A stretch of DNA of 64,000 nucleotides from an uncultured Nitrososphaerales archaeon. GTDB lineage: Archaea > Thermoproteota > Nitrososphaeria > Nitrososphaerales > Nitrososphaeraceae. The notes beneath the pieces are model-generated. The model was not told where the DNA came from, did no database searches, and saw only the letters and a list, made by a program, of their open reading frames with translations. Shown in pieces: positions 33,779 to 44,619 of this stretch. The translations under genes were made by a program, and so were the position numbers. Positions within the stretch are counted from its first letter, which is position 1, and every line of letters starts with the position of its first letter. The DNA is taken from NCBI GenBank assembly GCA_963709405.1, contig CAVPXM010000026.1, positions 20,720 to 84,719 on the forward strand, read 5' to 3'.

Positions 33779-33980
33779 GGCGCGCCCCTGACTAACATAT
33801 GGATAAAGTATTATCTGTCTAATGCTATGTATATCGAACCAAGTCAGTCTATACAGATAGTGTCTCATTTTAGAGAATGTTTATAATCTGATATGCCGCA
33901 TATCGTAATAGAAGACACTTTTTCCGATAGAATTATTCTGGATCTGATGGAATATCCGATATTGCCCGATATATCTTAAA
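33779..33980 (+). repeat. Repeat A, copy 9
   Basis: ggcgcgcccctgactaacata...gtcagtctatacagatagtgtctcattttagagaatgtttataatctgatatgccgcatatcgtaatagaagacactttttccgat. Confidence 0.9.
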
Positions 33981-33982
33981 AT

Positions 33983-34282
33983 CTACCTATTCGCTAACTC
34001 TGCTAATGTATCGCCATGACACGGCAGAGGTGCACACCAACAACCTAGGACTTTGCCTTTTAACTCTGGAAGCTGGTTCATTAATTCGTTGTTTTCTGGG
34101 GATAGTAACCATGTCCTATGCTTGGCTATAACTTGTTCTCTAGTACCGTCTTTACCGACTACGAAGGGATTACCCCATCTTCCATCGCTGCCGCAAATAT
34201 CTCGACGTATAGCCAGCGAAGGCCGGCCAATATACACATCATAAGGCCATTTCTTGCAATGGACTACGAACTTGCTGGTCAT
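33983..34282 (-). CDS. DUF4326 domain protein (commonly virus-associated)
   Basis: VVHCKK..YDVYIGR...WGNPF...G.R..VI...ELKGKVLGCWCAPLPCHGDTL.ELAN. Confidence 0.85.
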   Translation of the reverse strand: MTSKFVVHCKKWPYDVYIGRPSLAIRRDICGSDGRWGNPFVVGKDGTREQVIAKHRTWLLSPENNELMNQLPELKGKVLGCWCAPLPCHGDTLAELANR

Positions 34283-34694
34283 TTCTCATTCGTTGCCTTA
34301 TCTTATAATTTATTCAGTCTCATATGCTTGTATACAGAATCAAGAATATGAATTAGAACAAAAGCAAAAACCATATAGTCATAGTACGAAAATTTAACAA
34401 ACGGCTAAGGGAGTTAGGCTTAGCGTACATGTGTACTCGGATAGTGTCGAGCATACACACCAGCAACTGCTAGAGCTGTACGCAGGTATTGAGACAGACT
34501 TACGCAGTCATGGAATTGCAATAGCTCCTATGTCAGCGGCAAACGGAGCAATGAGGGAATAGGCGATGGACCTGTTATTAACCAAATGTAATCAAGGAAT
34601 TAATAAGTGGAGTGCCGCACTTAGTTTAAGAAAAATATCCACCGTAAAGTAAAGCATAAATCTACTGGTGACCTGAAATCTCATTAACATATAC

Positions 34695-35279
34695 TTGTCT
34701 TCTGAGTTTGTAATTAAGAAAGGGCCGAAACAATGGGAGGCCAAAATATTCTCAGGAAAAGAGGAAATCGCTGAAATAAAGAAAGGAGAAGGCCTTAGTT
34801 TTAAACTCGTAAGACCCAAGGACAAGATCGAATGGGTGCTTGCTAATTTGGTGCATGGTGAGCACCGTCCTTTCTCTTTCTCAGTGCGCAAGGCTGGAAA
34901 AAAAAGCACCAGCCCGTATACTGACAGCAACGACTTGGGAGATGAAATATTTGTTGTCCGTGACCAGTTGTTCAAGCATAATGGCAAATTTTACATGCTC
35001 GCAAGTCATCCAGAGGATAAGTCTTGGAATGAATATGTTAATAGTTCAATCAGGTACATCTGTAGGCTAGATGACTTTCCTTACTCAGAGCTTTCAGAAG
35101 TCGACTACCATCATTACACTTTACGGGACAAGATAAAGAGATTTCGCGGTAAAGCCGTTGGTGAAGCTTCAGGTTTGGGAATAGAAGAGCGAGGTCACCG
35201 TGTAAGGCTAGATAGCGAATTAGAGGACGTAGGGTTATTCATCGCTGCAATTTCATATTTGCTTTATGCCTCGGGCTGA
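34695..35279 (+). CDS. Hypothetical protein, probably co-transcribed with the downstream oxidoreductase
   Basis: 194-aa ORF ending 77 bp upstream of 35357 on the same strand. Confidence 0.65.
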   Translation: MSSEFVIKKGPKQWEAKIFSGKEEIAEIKKGEGLSFKLVRPKDKIEWVLANLVHGEHRPFSFSVRKAGKKSTSPYTDSNDLGDEIFVVRDQLFKHNGKFYMLASHPEDKSWNEYVNSSIRYICRLDDFPYSELSEVDYHHYTLRDKIKRFRGKAVGEASGLGIEERGHRVRLDSELEDVGLFIAAISYLLYASG

Positions 35280-35356
35280 TAAATAGAAGTAGTTTCACGA
35301 GATATTTTTCGGCATGATGTAACTTTAATAAATCAGGCGGTCCACATTCATTTTAA

Positions 35357-36846
35357 ATGGTTGACCCAAACCGCGTTGGTGGATTTCCTTTTCGTAAAGC
35401 AGACGCAGAACAACGGAAGATCGATTTTTCAGAGGTTCAACAACCCTACTCTGAGGAAGAGGTTATGCAAGAAGCCGAGCGTTGTCTTTTATGTGGAACT
35501 CCTGTTTGTATAGATGCTTGCCCAGTTCTTTTGGATGTTCGAGGTATGAACGAGGCTGCGGCCAGAGGAGACTTCAAAACATCCTATGAGCGGATCAGAG
35601 AAACAAACCCCTTGCTGGGTGTGACTGCCAGATGCTGTCCTCAGCTGCAAGGATTATGTGAAGATGCTTGCGTTTTGAAGTGGTCAGGACAGCCAATCGG
35701 GATCGGTCTCATTCAAAGATATATTGCAGACTGGGAAAGAAAAAATCGACAACCACCTGTATCCATCGAACAAGATACGGGAAAAAAGGTGGCAGTTGTC
35801 GGCGCTGGGCCCGCTGGCCTTGCAGGTTCTGCTCTTCTCAGAAGATATGGTCATCAGGTAACAATATACGAAGCATCTATTATGCCAGGCGGGACCGCAT
35901 GGTATGGGGTTCCAGATTATCATCTGCCTAAAGAAGTTTTAATTGATGAAATCGAAAAAATTAAAGCGATGGGGGTCAACATAAGAACCAACACTACTGT
36001 AGGAAAAGATGTAACACTCTCTCAACTTCTAGAGGAAAATGATGCAGTCCTAATTACTACAGGCTCGAAAGACACTGCGAACCTAGAGATCCCCGGAGTT
36101 AATCTTAAAGGAGTTCTGAGCGGATACCAGTTTCTTGAAAGTGTTTTCTTGGAAGGACTGGAAAGTTACTTGAGTAATCCAAAGTATAGTCTGGGTAACG
36201 ATATTATTGTAATAGGCGGTGGAGACACATCTCTTGATTGCGCGAGGACTGCGTTAAGGCTTACAAAAGGGAAAGGCAACGTTACCGTATTATGCTTGCA
36301 GCCTGAAACCGGATTACATGTTGACCCAATAATGCTTGAAGAAGCAAAGGAAGAGGGAGTGAAGTTCAGGTTCCTTGGGCAGGCAAAGTCTTTTGAAGGT
36401 GACAGTAACGGACATGTCGTAGCGACAATAATTGACAGTGTACACATGAGTGCTCCTGATCAGTCAGGAAAGAGGCATCCAGAGGTTATACCAAATAAAG
36501 AATTCAAGATGCCAAGTTCTACAGGTACTTATAGCTATTGGTAGAGGTCCAAATTCCTTTCTCCAAAAGAAGGCCGGAATCAAGACTCGGCAAGCGTAAT
36601 TCGATTGCAATTGCTGATGACTACAGAACATCTATGAATGGGGTCTTTGCTGCAGGAGACGTAACTAGTGGCGAAACTCTAATTGTAAAGGCAATGGAAA
36701 AGGGACGTGAGGGCGCTCAAAGAGTTCACGAATATCTAATGGATTTGGAAGCCGACCACATGTCGTTTTACGAAAAATATTACACAAAAATCTCATATGA
36801 TAGGATGTTGGAAGGCAAAAATGATGTTAGCTCACCTCCTGATTAA
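35357..36846 (+). CDS. gltD: GltD/SudA/PreT-like FAD- and Fe-S-dependent NAD(P)H oxidoreductase; frameshifts near 36520-36590
   Basis: EAERCLLCGTPVCIDACP and CCPQ...CEDAC Fe-S motifs, GAGPAGL, IGGGDTSLDCARTA and the C-terminal GVFAAGD in ORF 36538..36846. No gltB partner in the window. Confidence 0.85.
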
Positions 36847-37012
36847 AGAATCAAAGTGTATTTCTGTTCTTCTTGCAGTACACGGTCCACTAGGCATAGG
36901 CGTCACAAGTGAATCAGTTGTCCTAACGGACTTGGTGTAATAAGCAATGTTAGAACACCTAATAAGATGCTAAATACAATATTGCATTTCCTATGATTAA
37001 GGGTCATGCTAT

Positions 37013-37120
37013 GGATACCCGGGTTATTTTCAACTCTAGAGAAGAATTTGAGGAATATGTAGGACGATATATTAACCGAAAGTTATAATAGAATCCAAAA
37101 CTATCCCGGGTATCCCGGAT
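37013..37120 (+). mobile_element. Repeat C, complete copy: about 105-bp MITE-like element
   Basis: Terminal inverted repeats ggatacccggg (37013-37023) and cccgggtatcc (37105-37115). The internal sequence is shared with 23815 onward and 8645-8732. Confidence 0.65.
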
Positions 37121-37157
37121 GCAATATTAGGACGATATCTGTATAATCAACTGCTGC

Positions 37158-37460
37158 TAGCCCTGACTTACTAATGAAGTGTTATCTTTACATCGCACCA
37201 AGTCAGTCTATACAGATAATTCTTGATTTCAGAGAACGTTTATAATCTGGCATGCTGCACATCTGCATTAAAAAAACAATTTTTCCCGAGTTAACTGTAT
37301 GAATTTTCCACAAAATCTGAAATAATCCGACGTGTTAAAACATGCTGGATATTAACAGAATTGATTAGGCGGTTCATATCGACTAATTGCTACTATCTAT
37401 AGATATCATTAATTTGCAGAGTCGACAGATTTTGTTTATGAGTTCATCAAGTCCTGATAG
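37158..37460 (+). repeat. Repeat A, copy 10 (long form)
   Basis: ccctgact...gtcagtctatacagataat...gtttataatctggcatgctgcac...tcgactaattgctactatctatagatatcatt...gagtcgacagat. Confidence 0.85.
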
Positions 37461-37899
37461 TTTTACCTATCAATAGGATCAGACTAGTAAGTTTGGAGAA
37501 TTTTAGTAAGTCTGATTTATGTGCCTCAAGGAGCTTTGCTTGATGTGATGCCCTACCGATTTCAAATGTACATTTTTTATGTCAAGATGTACTTTATAGT
37601 AATAGTATCCTTGATTTTTGACGATTATCAGATAACACGGACTTTGCTCGAGAGTGTGTTCCGAAAGTGGGGCATATGGAGTATTCGGATCCTCATAAAA
37701 GAAGTTATCTATAGGATCTGGATTTGCTGTGTGCTGCTTCTATATGTATAGCGGAAAGGTTATTTAACTGGGGACACAAGCATGCGCGCCCTTCAACATC
37801 CCCGTCAGGTTTCCGTTAATATCACTAATGATTTGATCATGGTCTTCGCTTTGTCCTTATGTAAGATGTCAGGCCGTCATAGACGTCATGGTATCCATA

Positions 37900-39717
37900 G
37901 TGGTATAAAAAAAACAAACATGTAGTAATCAGATCAGTAGTTTCAACAATTCTTGCGGTCACATTGATCTTGACTATAATTGTCTCTGGTGGACAAGTTT
38001 CAGCAGACATTAACAAAGTCTCCATTTGCTTTTCCACTTCCAATAAGGTCGCCAGACTTCCAAAATATTAAATTTACTGATGGAGTAGCAAGCGGCGATG
38101 TTTCACAAAATAGTGTTGTTTTGTGGACACGTGTAAACCAACAGGGACGGTTAACACTTGATGTTTCCACTCTCCCAGACTTTAAGATACCAGATTTTAA
38201 GAAGAGTAATATTCCAGCATTAAAAGAAAATGACTTTACTGCCAAAGTTACGGTAACTGGTCTAAAACCAAACCAACAATATTTCTACCGATGGAGCGCC
38301 GGTAGAATCGTAAGCGAATTAGGAACGTTCAAGACCGCTCCTACGACTGCAGTCGCTACCAATATACGTTTCTCATGGAGCGGGGACACTGATGTAAGCA
38401 CGATTGATGGAAAGCGTGTCTTTGGGAACTGGAAGAGCCTTTTATCGGCGCTATTTGAAAGACCAGATTTTTTTGTTTATTTGGGTGATGTCATATACTC
38501 TGATTCTAGAGCTGGAGGTGATCCAAGGGTTCCTGCTGCCTCAAACACTTGATGAATTTAGACAGATTTACAAAGATTCACGAGACATTTTTGCCTTACG
38601 CACTTTACTACAGAGAGTACCAACATATCCATTATGGGATGATCATGAAGTTAGAAGCGATTGGGCCGGACAGACAGTTGATCGTTTCTTTTATAATATA
38701 GGTAATAAAGCATTCCAGGAATACATGCCAATTGGCAAAGTGCAGACTGCCAATACCGATGCACAATGTGCAGGACCGCCACAGTACAGAGTATTTCATT
38801 GGGGTAAAGCTCCTGACGTCATAATCATTGATACTCGCTCCTGTCGTAGTGATAATGCTCAAAATATATGCAAGGGGGATATAGCTCCAACCTTGCCAGC
38901 ATTTGTGAGAAACCAATTCCCGGCATTCTTTCCACCACAATTACCTCCAGGATGCATAAATGCGGTAAATGATCCAACACGTACAATGCTTGGAAACACA
39001 CAAAAGGCCATGTTTAAAGATGCTCTTGCACACTCCACTGCTAAATATAAGTTTGTTATAAGCTCTGTATCAATGCAACAGGCATATATTTTTCCTTATG
39101 ATAGATGGGAGGGATATTCTGCAGAGCGCAATGAGATCTTGAACTTTATTCGAGATAACCACATTCAAAACGTAATCTTTCTTACCACTGACGAACACTT
39201 GAACATGATGAATGATGTATTTATAGATCGCTTTACTAATCCTACACCAATAGCCTACGAGTTTATAACCGGCCCGATAGCTGCATTGACTGACGAAAAT
39301 AATATTTTGAAAATCTTTCCTGTTCAAGGTCCTCAGGCAGTGAAGGCAAAACAGGATATTCTAAACTTGGTTGTAGGCGTTGACTGTAGCAATCTGAATG
39401 CATTCTCTTATGGCTCAGTTGATATAAATTCAAAGACTGGGGTAGCTAATGTCACCCTCAAGGATGAGAGCGGAAGGACTATCAGGGATGAGACAAATCA
39501 AAATATTGCATGTACAAAGACATTCGGGACAGAATCATCCACTAGTTCATCTCCAACTTCTACAACACAAAATCTTGATACTCCAAAGAGTACCACAAAT
39601 TCTATAGAGGGATTGTTACAACAACAGCAGAAAAATCGTACTGAAGGAATGTTCCTTCAGCAAGAAGAGGCAAGACAAATGGATAGAAATTTCCCAGGCC
39701 AGGAAGAAGGCAACTGA
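37900..39717 (+). CDS. phoD: PhoD-family alkaline phosphatase, frameshifted
   Basis: GVASGD.....VVLWTR, LGDVIYSD, WDDHEV, DTR, TMLG.TQ, DRWEGY..ER and FLTTDEH across ORFs 37980..38552 and 38404..39717. A signal-like segment lies upstream in another frame, so the start is approximate. Confidence 0.88.
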
Positions 39718-39926
39718 AAGACTTTAGGTATTTAGATTGGACTACATTGACACTTCTCGCGCGCATTTCGCGCGCGACTAGGTTTGGCTGCTGGAATGAA
39801 TTAGCACGGTTCTAGAATCTCTAGCATAGTATTTTTGCATGACCTCTTAGTTATAGGTGTCATATTTACGGATTGGAAGATGTCATCGTGTATTAAAAGT
39901 CATACTTAATAGATGCGCTATCGGGG

Positions 39927-39960
39927 GGCGCGCGCCTCTCGATAGACATGTACATGAACT
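39927..39960 (+). repeat. Isolated left end of repeat A
   Basis: ggcgcgcgcctctcgatagacatgtacatgaact resembles the left arms of copies 1, 3 and 6. No clear core follows. Confidence 0.5.
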
Positions 39961-40690
39961 AAACCTTGAGATAGCCAGAAATTAGAAAGCTATATGTACA
40001 ACAGATAATTCCTCAGTGCCACTTCCTCCAGGAAATGTTTTGTTAGAGGAGGCTTTCAAAGATGCATGGCAAATAATAATCATCATATCAAAGCACGGCA
40101 TCTCATGTAAGGATAAAATATTTCAAGTTTGCATCTGATGAGGAACACAGCATTATGTCATTTGCAGGTAAAAGTTGACAAGATAGAATATCGCCAAGGG
40201 ACTTTGAAACATGGCGCGATATCCCAGATAAATACGTAACACTGGTATCTGTTTGAGTGTCATCGAAATTGCCAGCCGGGATCAAAGATAACTAGATACT
40301 TAATAGTGCGATATGCTCATTTGTCATATGGCATTCATCTGCCAATTAGTATCGGTTAGCGTTTAAGGTATTTAGTCGCATTTGGAAAATTTTTGTATTT
40401 TAAGCCACAATACATGTATAGTTTCTTAGAATCTATTTCTTTTACCATATTACACATCAAGTTGATATTGGGTCATAACCATGCATAAACGTACATGCTT
40501 TATTCCTATCCTTACCCAGAAGTGATTGTCTATAAACCCAGCGTATTGACAAATTCCATGCACAATTTCTATATGTTTACCCTTCCTTAATCATACCGTT
40601 CCCAAAAATTGCTCTATTAATAATTAATAATAGATTTATTATTAAAAAACAAACATACCTATTTAAATAAGCTAATAAGAATAATAACTG

Positions 40691-41074
40691 TTGCCGATTG
40701 TCAGCGTGTCGCTGAGTAGAGATCTTCTTAATGATCTGGGCATATTGCAAAAAAGACTTGGTTTTACAGGTAGATCAGAAATAATCAGGGCGAGCGTTCG
40801 CACTATGCTGTCTGAAGAGAAGGAAAGGGAAGATTTAATCGGCCAGATTCACGCTCTCTTCTTGGTAACTCACGATGAGAAATCCGACGATGAAATTAAC
40901 GAAATGAGACATACTTATGACAAGTTGATAACTACGCACTTGCATAATAAAATAGACCGAGATAAATGTCTCGAGATATTTGTTCTAAAGGGTGACGCCA
41001 GTCAGATAAGAGACATGACAAGGATGTTTCAATCTAACAAGAAAATGGATAATGTTAAATTAATCACAATGTGA
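40691..41074 (+). CDS. nikR: NikR-like ribbon-helix-helix metal-responsive regulator
   Basis: IVSVSL...GFTGRSEIIRA RHH domain and THLHNKID..KCLEIFVLKG metal-binding domain. Confidence 0.85.
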   Translation: MPIVSVSLSRDLLNDLGILQKRLGFTGRSEIIRASVRTMLSEEKEREDLIGQIHALFLVTHDEKSDDEINEMRHTYDKLITTHLHNKIDRDKCLEIFVLKGDASQIRDMTRMFQSNKKMDNVKLITM

Positions 41075-41707
41075 TATGGAAATGCGTTATATTGAGGGCA
41101 GTTTTTTGCGTGCGTGAATCTAATGGCATCAAACAACATATTTGAAATCATACCAGATCCCAATTCTTCACGAATTCCATTCGAATAGCTATTCCCTGGT
41201 AAATTATGATCTGACGTATCTGAAATAAAAAATGGAATCATGAGTGAGGAGTGCTACTATCTCAGCTACTTTATTTTCACATTTTCATTTTTCTAATCAG
41301 GGAATTTATAATTCACCTATTATTAGAATGAAAACATTCAAAAATTACTAATCAATGGTAAAATTGAACGTGTAAGCATTACTTTTCACTGGGGTGTTTG
41401 TAATAATTATTAATATTTATCACTATGGATTTTAGACACTTTGAAGTGTGATGGATCATGAACTGTATTGTTCTCAGATTTAATTGCATCCCTTATTGCA
41501 ACTCATGATGGTGTTGAGGATTCAGGTATGGTTGATGTATGTGACATTGGTCAAGATCTTTTTCGCACACTCAGGTGGCCCTTCCATATCGTTAGTATTA
41601 TTAAATTCTTTATACACGACCACATTAATATTATTAACAAAAGTATATAAAGTTATTAGTTTCTATATCATATTACGCAGAAGCTTAGTAATCTGTTAAT
41701 TGGATTA

Positions 41708-42622
41708 TTGCTCGTTATTATAATAACGTCAATCTCAGAGAGTGTTTTTTCAACTGCTAGCACCAGTGCTATTACTACAAGCTCCTTTAAAACTAACGCA
41801 TCTAAACTGAAGGTTATAGCATCTTTTTTTCCAATCTATGAATTTGTAAAGAAAGTTGGCGGCAATAAAGTAGATGCGTCAGTATTAGTTCCTGTCGGGG
41901 CTGAGCCTCACGATTTTGATCCTACTATTCAACAAATTCAGAATATTGAATCGGCTGCCGTATTGGTATACAATGGAGCCGGGATGGAAGGAACATGGAT
42001 AAACAAAGTTAATCCAAAGTTTGCAATTGATTCCAGTAAAGGTTTAAACTTACTTTCTAGTAATGATCCCAAGATTCATTCATCAACAGACCCTCATATT
42101 TGGCTAGATCCAATCCTTGCAATCCATCAGGTTGAGAATATACGCGATGGCTTGATGAAGGTTGATCCTACTAACTCCGTGTATTATAAGAATAATGCTC
42201 AGAGCTTTATTGGACAACTAATGTCATTAGACAACGCTATAAGAGGAAACATTTCTAGTTCCAATTGTGCAAAAAGAGAATTCGTTGCTTTCCACAATGC
42301 TTTTGGCTACTTCGCAAAAGAGTACGGTTTGAAACAACACGGTATTCACCAAGGTTTAACACCTGAAGGAGAAATACTCCCACAACGGTTGGTAGATGTA
42401 GTACAACTTGCAAAGAAGATTGGCATAAATGTAATTTATTCTGAAGATTTGATCGATCCTCGCTCAGCTCAAACTATAGCAGATGAGGTTCCGAATGGAA
42501 AGGTGTTGGTTTTAAGTCCAATCGAAGGGATAAAACCACATGAACAACAAGAGGGAATAGGCTACATTGATAAGATGTATCAAGACCTGTCAGATTTAAA
42601 GGAAGGTCTGCAATGCAAATAG
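41708..42622 (+). CDS. znuA: Zn/Mn ABC transporter substrate-binding protein
   Basis: GAEPHDFDP, YNGAGMEG, DPHIWLDP and FHNAFGYFAKEYGL. Confidence 0.92.
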   Translation: MLVIIITSISESVFSTASTSAITTSSFKTNASKLKVIASFFPIYEFVKKVGGNKVDASVLVPVGAEPHDFDPTIQQIQNIESAAVLVYNGAGMEGTWINKVNPKFAIDSSKGLNLLSSNDPKIHSSTDPHIWLDPILAIHQVENIRDGLMKVDPTNSVYYKNNAQSFIGQLMSLDNAIRGNISSSNCAKREFVAFHNAFGYFAKEYGLKQHGIHQGLTPEGEILPQRLVDVVQLAKKIGINVIYSEDLIDPRSAQTIADEVPNGKVLVLSPIEGIKPHEQQEGIGYIDKMYQDLSDLKEGLQCK

Positions 42623-42969
42623 TAGTAGAATCACTCGAGACTAAACGCCATGACTATAATAATCTCTTATCGTCTCATTCTTTATCTTCGGATGACATCT
42701 TATTTATTGTACACGATGACCTTTTAGTAATCACTGATATTATTGATAATGTAAAAAACATATACCTTGGATGCACTCCTGCGTTCCAAGTAAACTATAA
42801 CAGAGAAGTTGCAATGCTTTGCCTGCAGGTTAGAAAAGCTGGGGAAGTCCTTCAAGAGATAGGTGGATTACCACGGATGAATTCAAAGCCAATTATACAT
42901 GTACACGTGCCTTGTGCTTGCCAGAACATAGATTTCAATGATAATGATTGGAAAACCTATGTTCATTAA
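42613..42969 (+). other. Hypothetical ORF in the position of the ABC ATPase; possibly a degenerate remnant
   Basis: Start overlaps the znuA stop. No Walker A, Walker B or LSGGQ motif. ILFIVHDD weakly resembles an ABC H-loop. Confidence 0.3.
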
Positions 42970-43004
42970 ATCATTAGTTCATATGATGTTCAGGAACTGT
43001 CAAT

Positions 43005-43859
43005 ATGATATTTGAGATTCTTCAATTTGGTTTTATGCAACGTGCATTAATTTCTGGAATTGCAATCGCTATAAATTGCTCTGTAATTGGACTTTTCCTT
43101 GTTTTGAGACGACAATCGTTATTCGGCGATGCTCTTTCACATGTAGCTTTTGGCGGAATAGCTGTCGGTCTATTTACAAATATATATCCGATATGGACAG
43201 CTTTTATAGTATCTATTCTAGCATCTTTGGGAATTACTAAACTAAGACAGTCCGCAAAAATTTCTGCAGATTCTGCTGTTGCAGTCCTGTTGTCATCTGG
43301 TCTCGCAATAGGTGTAGTATTGATAGGATTGGCTGGCGGTTTTTCACTTGACTTATATAGCTTTTTATTCGGAAGTATCTTGTTAATCAGCTCGCAAGAT
43401 CAAGCGATGATTTTGATTATAACTGCAATAATACTTGCGATAATGTATAAGATTTATAGAAAGCTTATGTATGTTGCTTTTGATGAAGAGCAGGCAAATG
43501 TTAGCGGCATAGACGTAGCGAAACTGAATTATCTTTTCATCATACTTGCTACCATTACCGTAATTACCTCATTGCGCTTAGTAGGAGTTTTGCTTATCTC
43601 TTCACTGATTGTGATTCCAAATATTACTGCGATGGTATTCGGAAAGGGATTCAAGAAAACAGCATTGATATCCATTATTATCGCAGTTTTGTCTGTTATC
43701 GGAGGAATAGTTACATCATACATCCTGAATTTAGCTCCTGGAGGAACAATCGTGATTATCTCTGTCGCTGGTTATCTTATGACCATTATTGCAAAATATA
43801 CATTTTATCGCGTTAAGAGAAAATATATGAAAATAAGATTAGAAACTACCAGTAGCTAG
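43005..43859 (+). CDS. znuB: Zn/Mn ABC transporter permease
   Basis: GDALSHVAFGG, FLFGSIL, FDEEQA and VGVLLISSLIVIP (ABC-3 family). Confidence 0.92.
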   Translation: MIFEILQFGFMQRALISGIAIAINCSVIGLFLVLRRQSLFGDALSHVAFGGIAVGLFTNIYPIWTAFIVSILASLGITKLRQSAKISADSAVAVLLSSGLAIGVVLIGLAGGFSLDLYSFLFGSILLISSQDQAMILIITAIILAIMYKIYRKLMYVAFDEEQANVSGIDVAKLNYLFIILATITVITSLRLVGVLLISSLIVIPNITAMVFGKGFKKTALISIIIAVLSVIGGIVTSYILNLAPGGTIVIISVAGYLMTIIAKYTFYRVKRKYMKIRLETTSS

Positions 43860-44619
43860 ATCTTATCAATGGCTAAAGCCATAAATTGCTCTCTGCATGT
43901 TGTCATACGATTTGGTTATCATTCGCATTATAACTATTGCTAATTCCATGCGGATTAGTCAATACTGAACAGAGTAACATAAATAAGGATGCTTTGTAAG
44001 AGGACAAATTACTCATTAGTGTACATAACTAGCGGTTAATACTTGCCCAATTTCTATACTAAGCGTTGTCATATACTTATATTATCTATTATTTTTAATT
44101 CTTTTGCGGCTGATGTTAGGTGGTTATTAGTTATAAGCGATTTTGTAAACAGGAAATAAAATTACAATAGGTCAATTTCATCCGATACGTCCCATCAGTT
44201 TGTTCTTTACTTATGGTAAGCGATTATTACAATATAGTCTCCAAGGACTAGGCTAGTGAATGAAATGAGATATTCTTGATATCCTGATAACTTCAAAAAA
44301 AGTTGAACTTATAGAAATTAGAAGCTAATGATCAACTTATTATTATTAATATCAAAGAAAGATGCTTGAGTAGCTTCAATCTTATCCAAGATATCTTAAT
44401 CTGCCTTGTAGGATGCATTTAAAATAATATAATTCGGAGATCCTTCTGTTGCGAATTTTTCATTACTCGTTAAGCTTTCAGCACAAAGACTTGACTGAAC
44501 GCGGATTTCAAGTTTGGAGCGCGGAGTAACCACGAGGCTGTCTAATCAATGTTTTTACCGACAATAAATTCATGCAGCGGTTATACCCTAGTTCCAGCGA
44601 ATATATATCTTTATTATTG

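Noticed and set aside
25159-33886. ORFs 25159..25353, 33695..33886, 20872..21081 and 9269..9454 as a protein family
   Set aside because: They are translations of repeat A. Frames and stop codons are not conserved across copies.
20828-37460. Repeat A as a CRISPR array
   Set aside because: The units are over 100 bp long, degenerate and irregularly spaced (0.3-5 kb), and there are no cas genes in the window.
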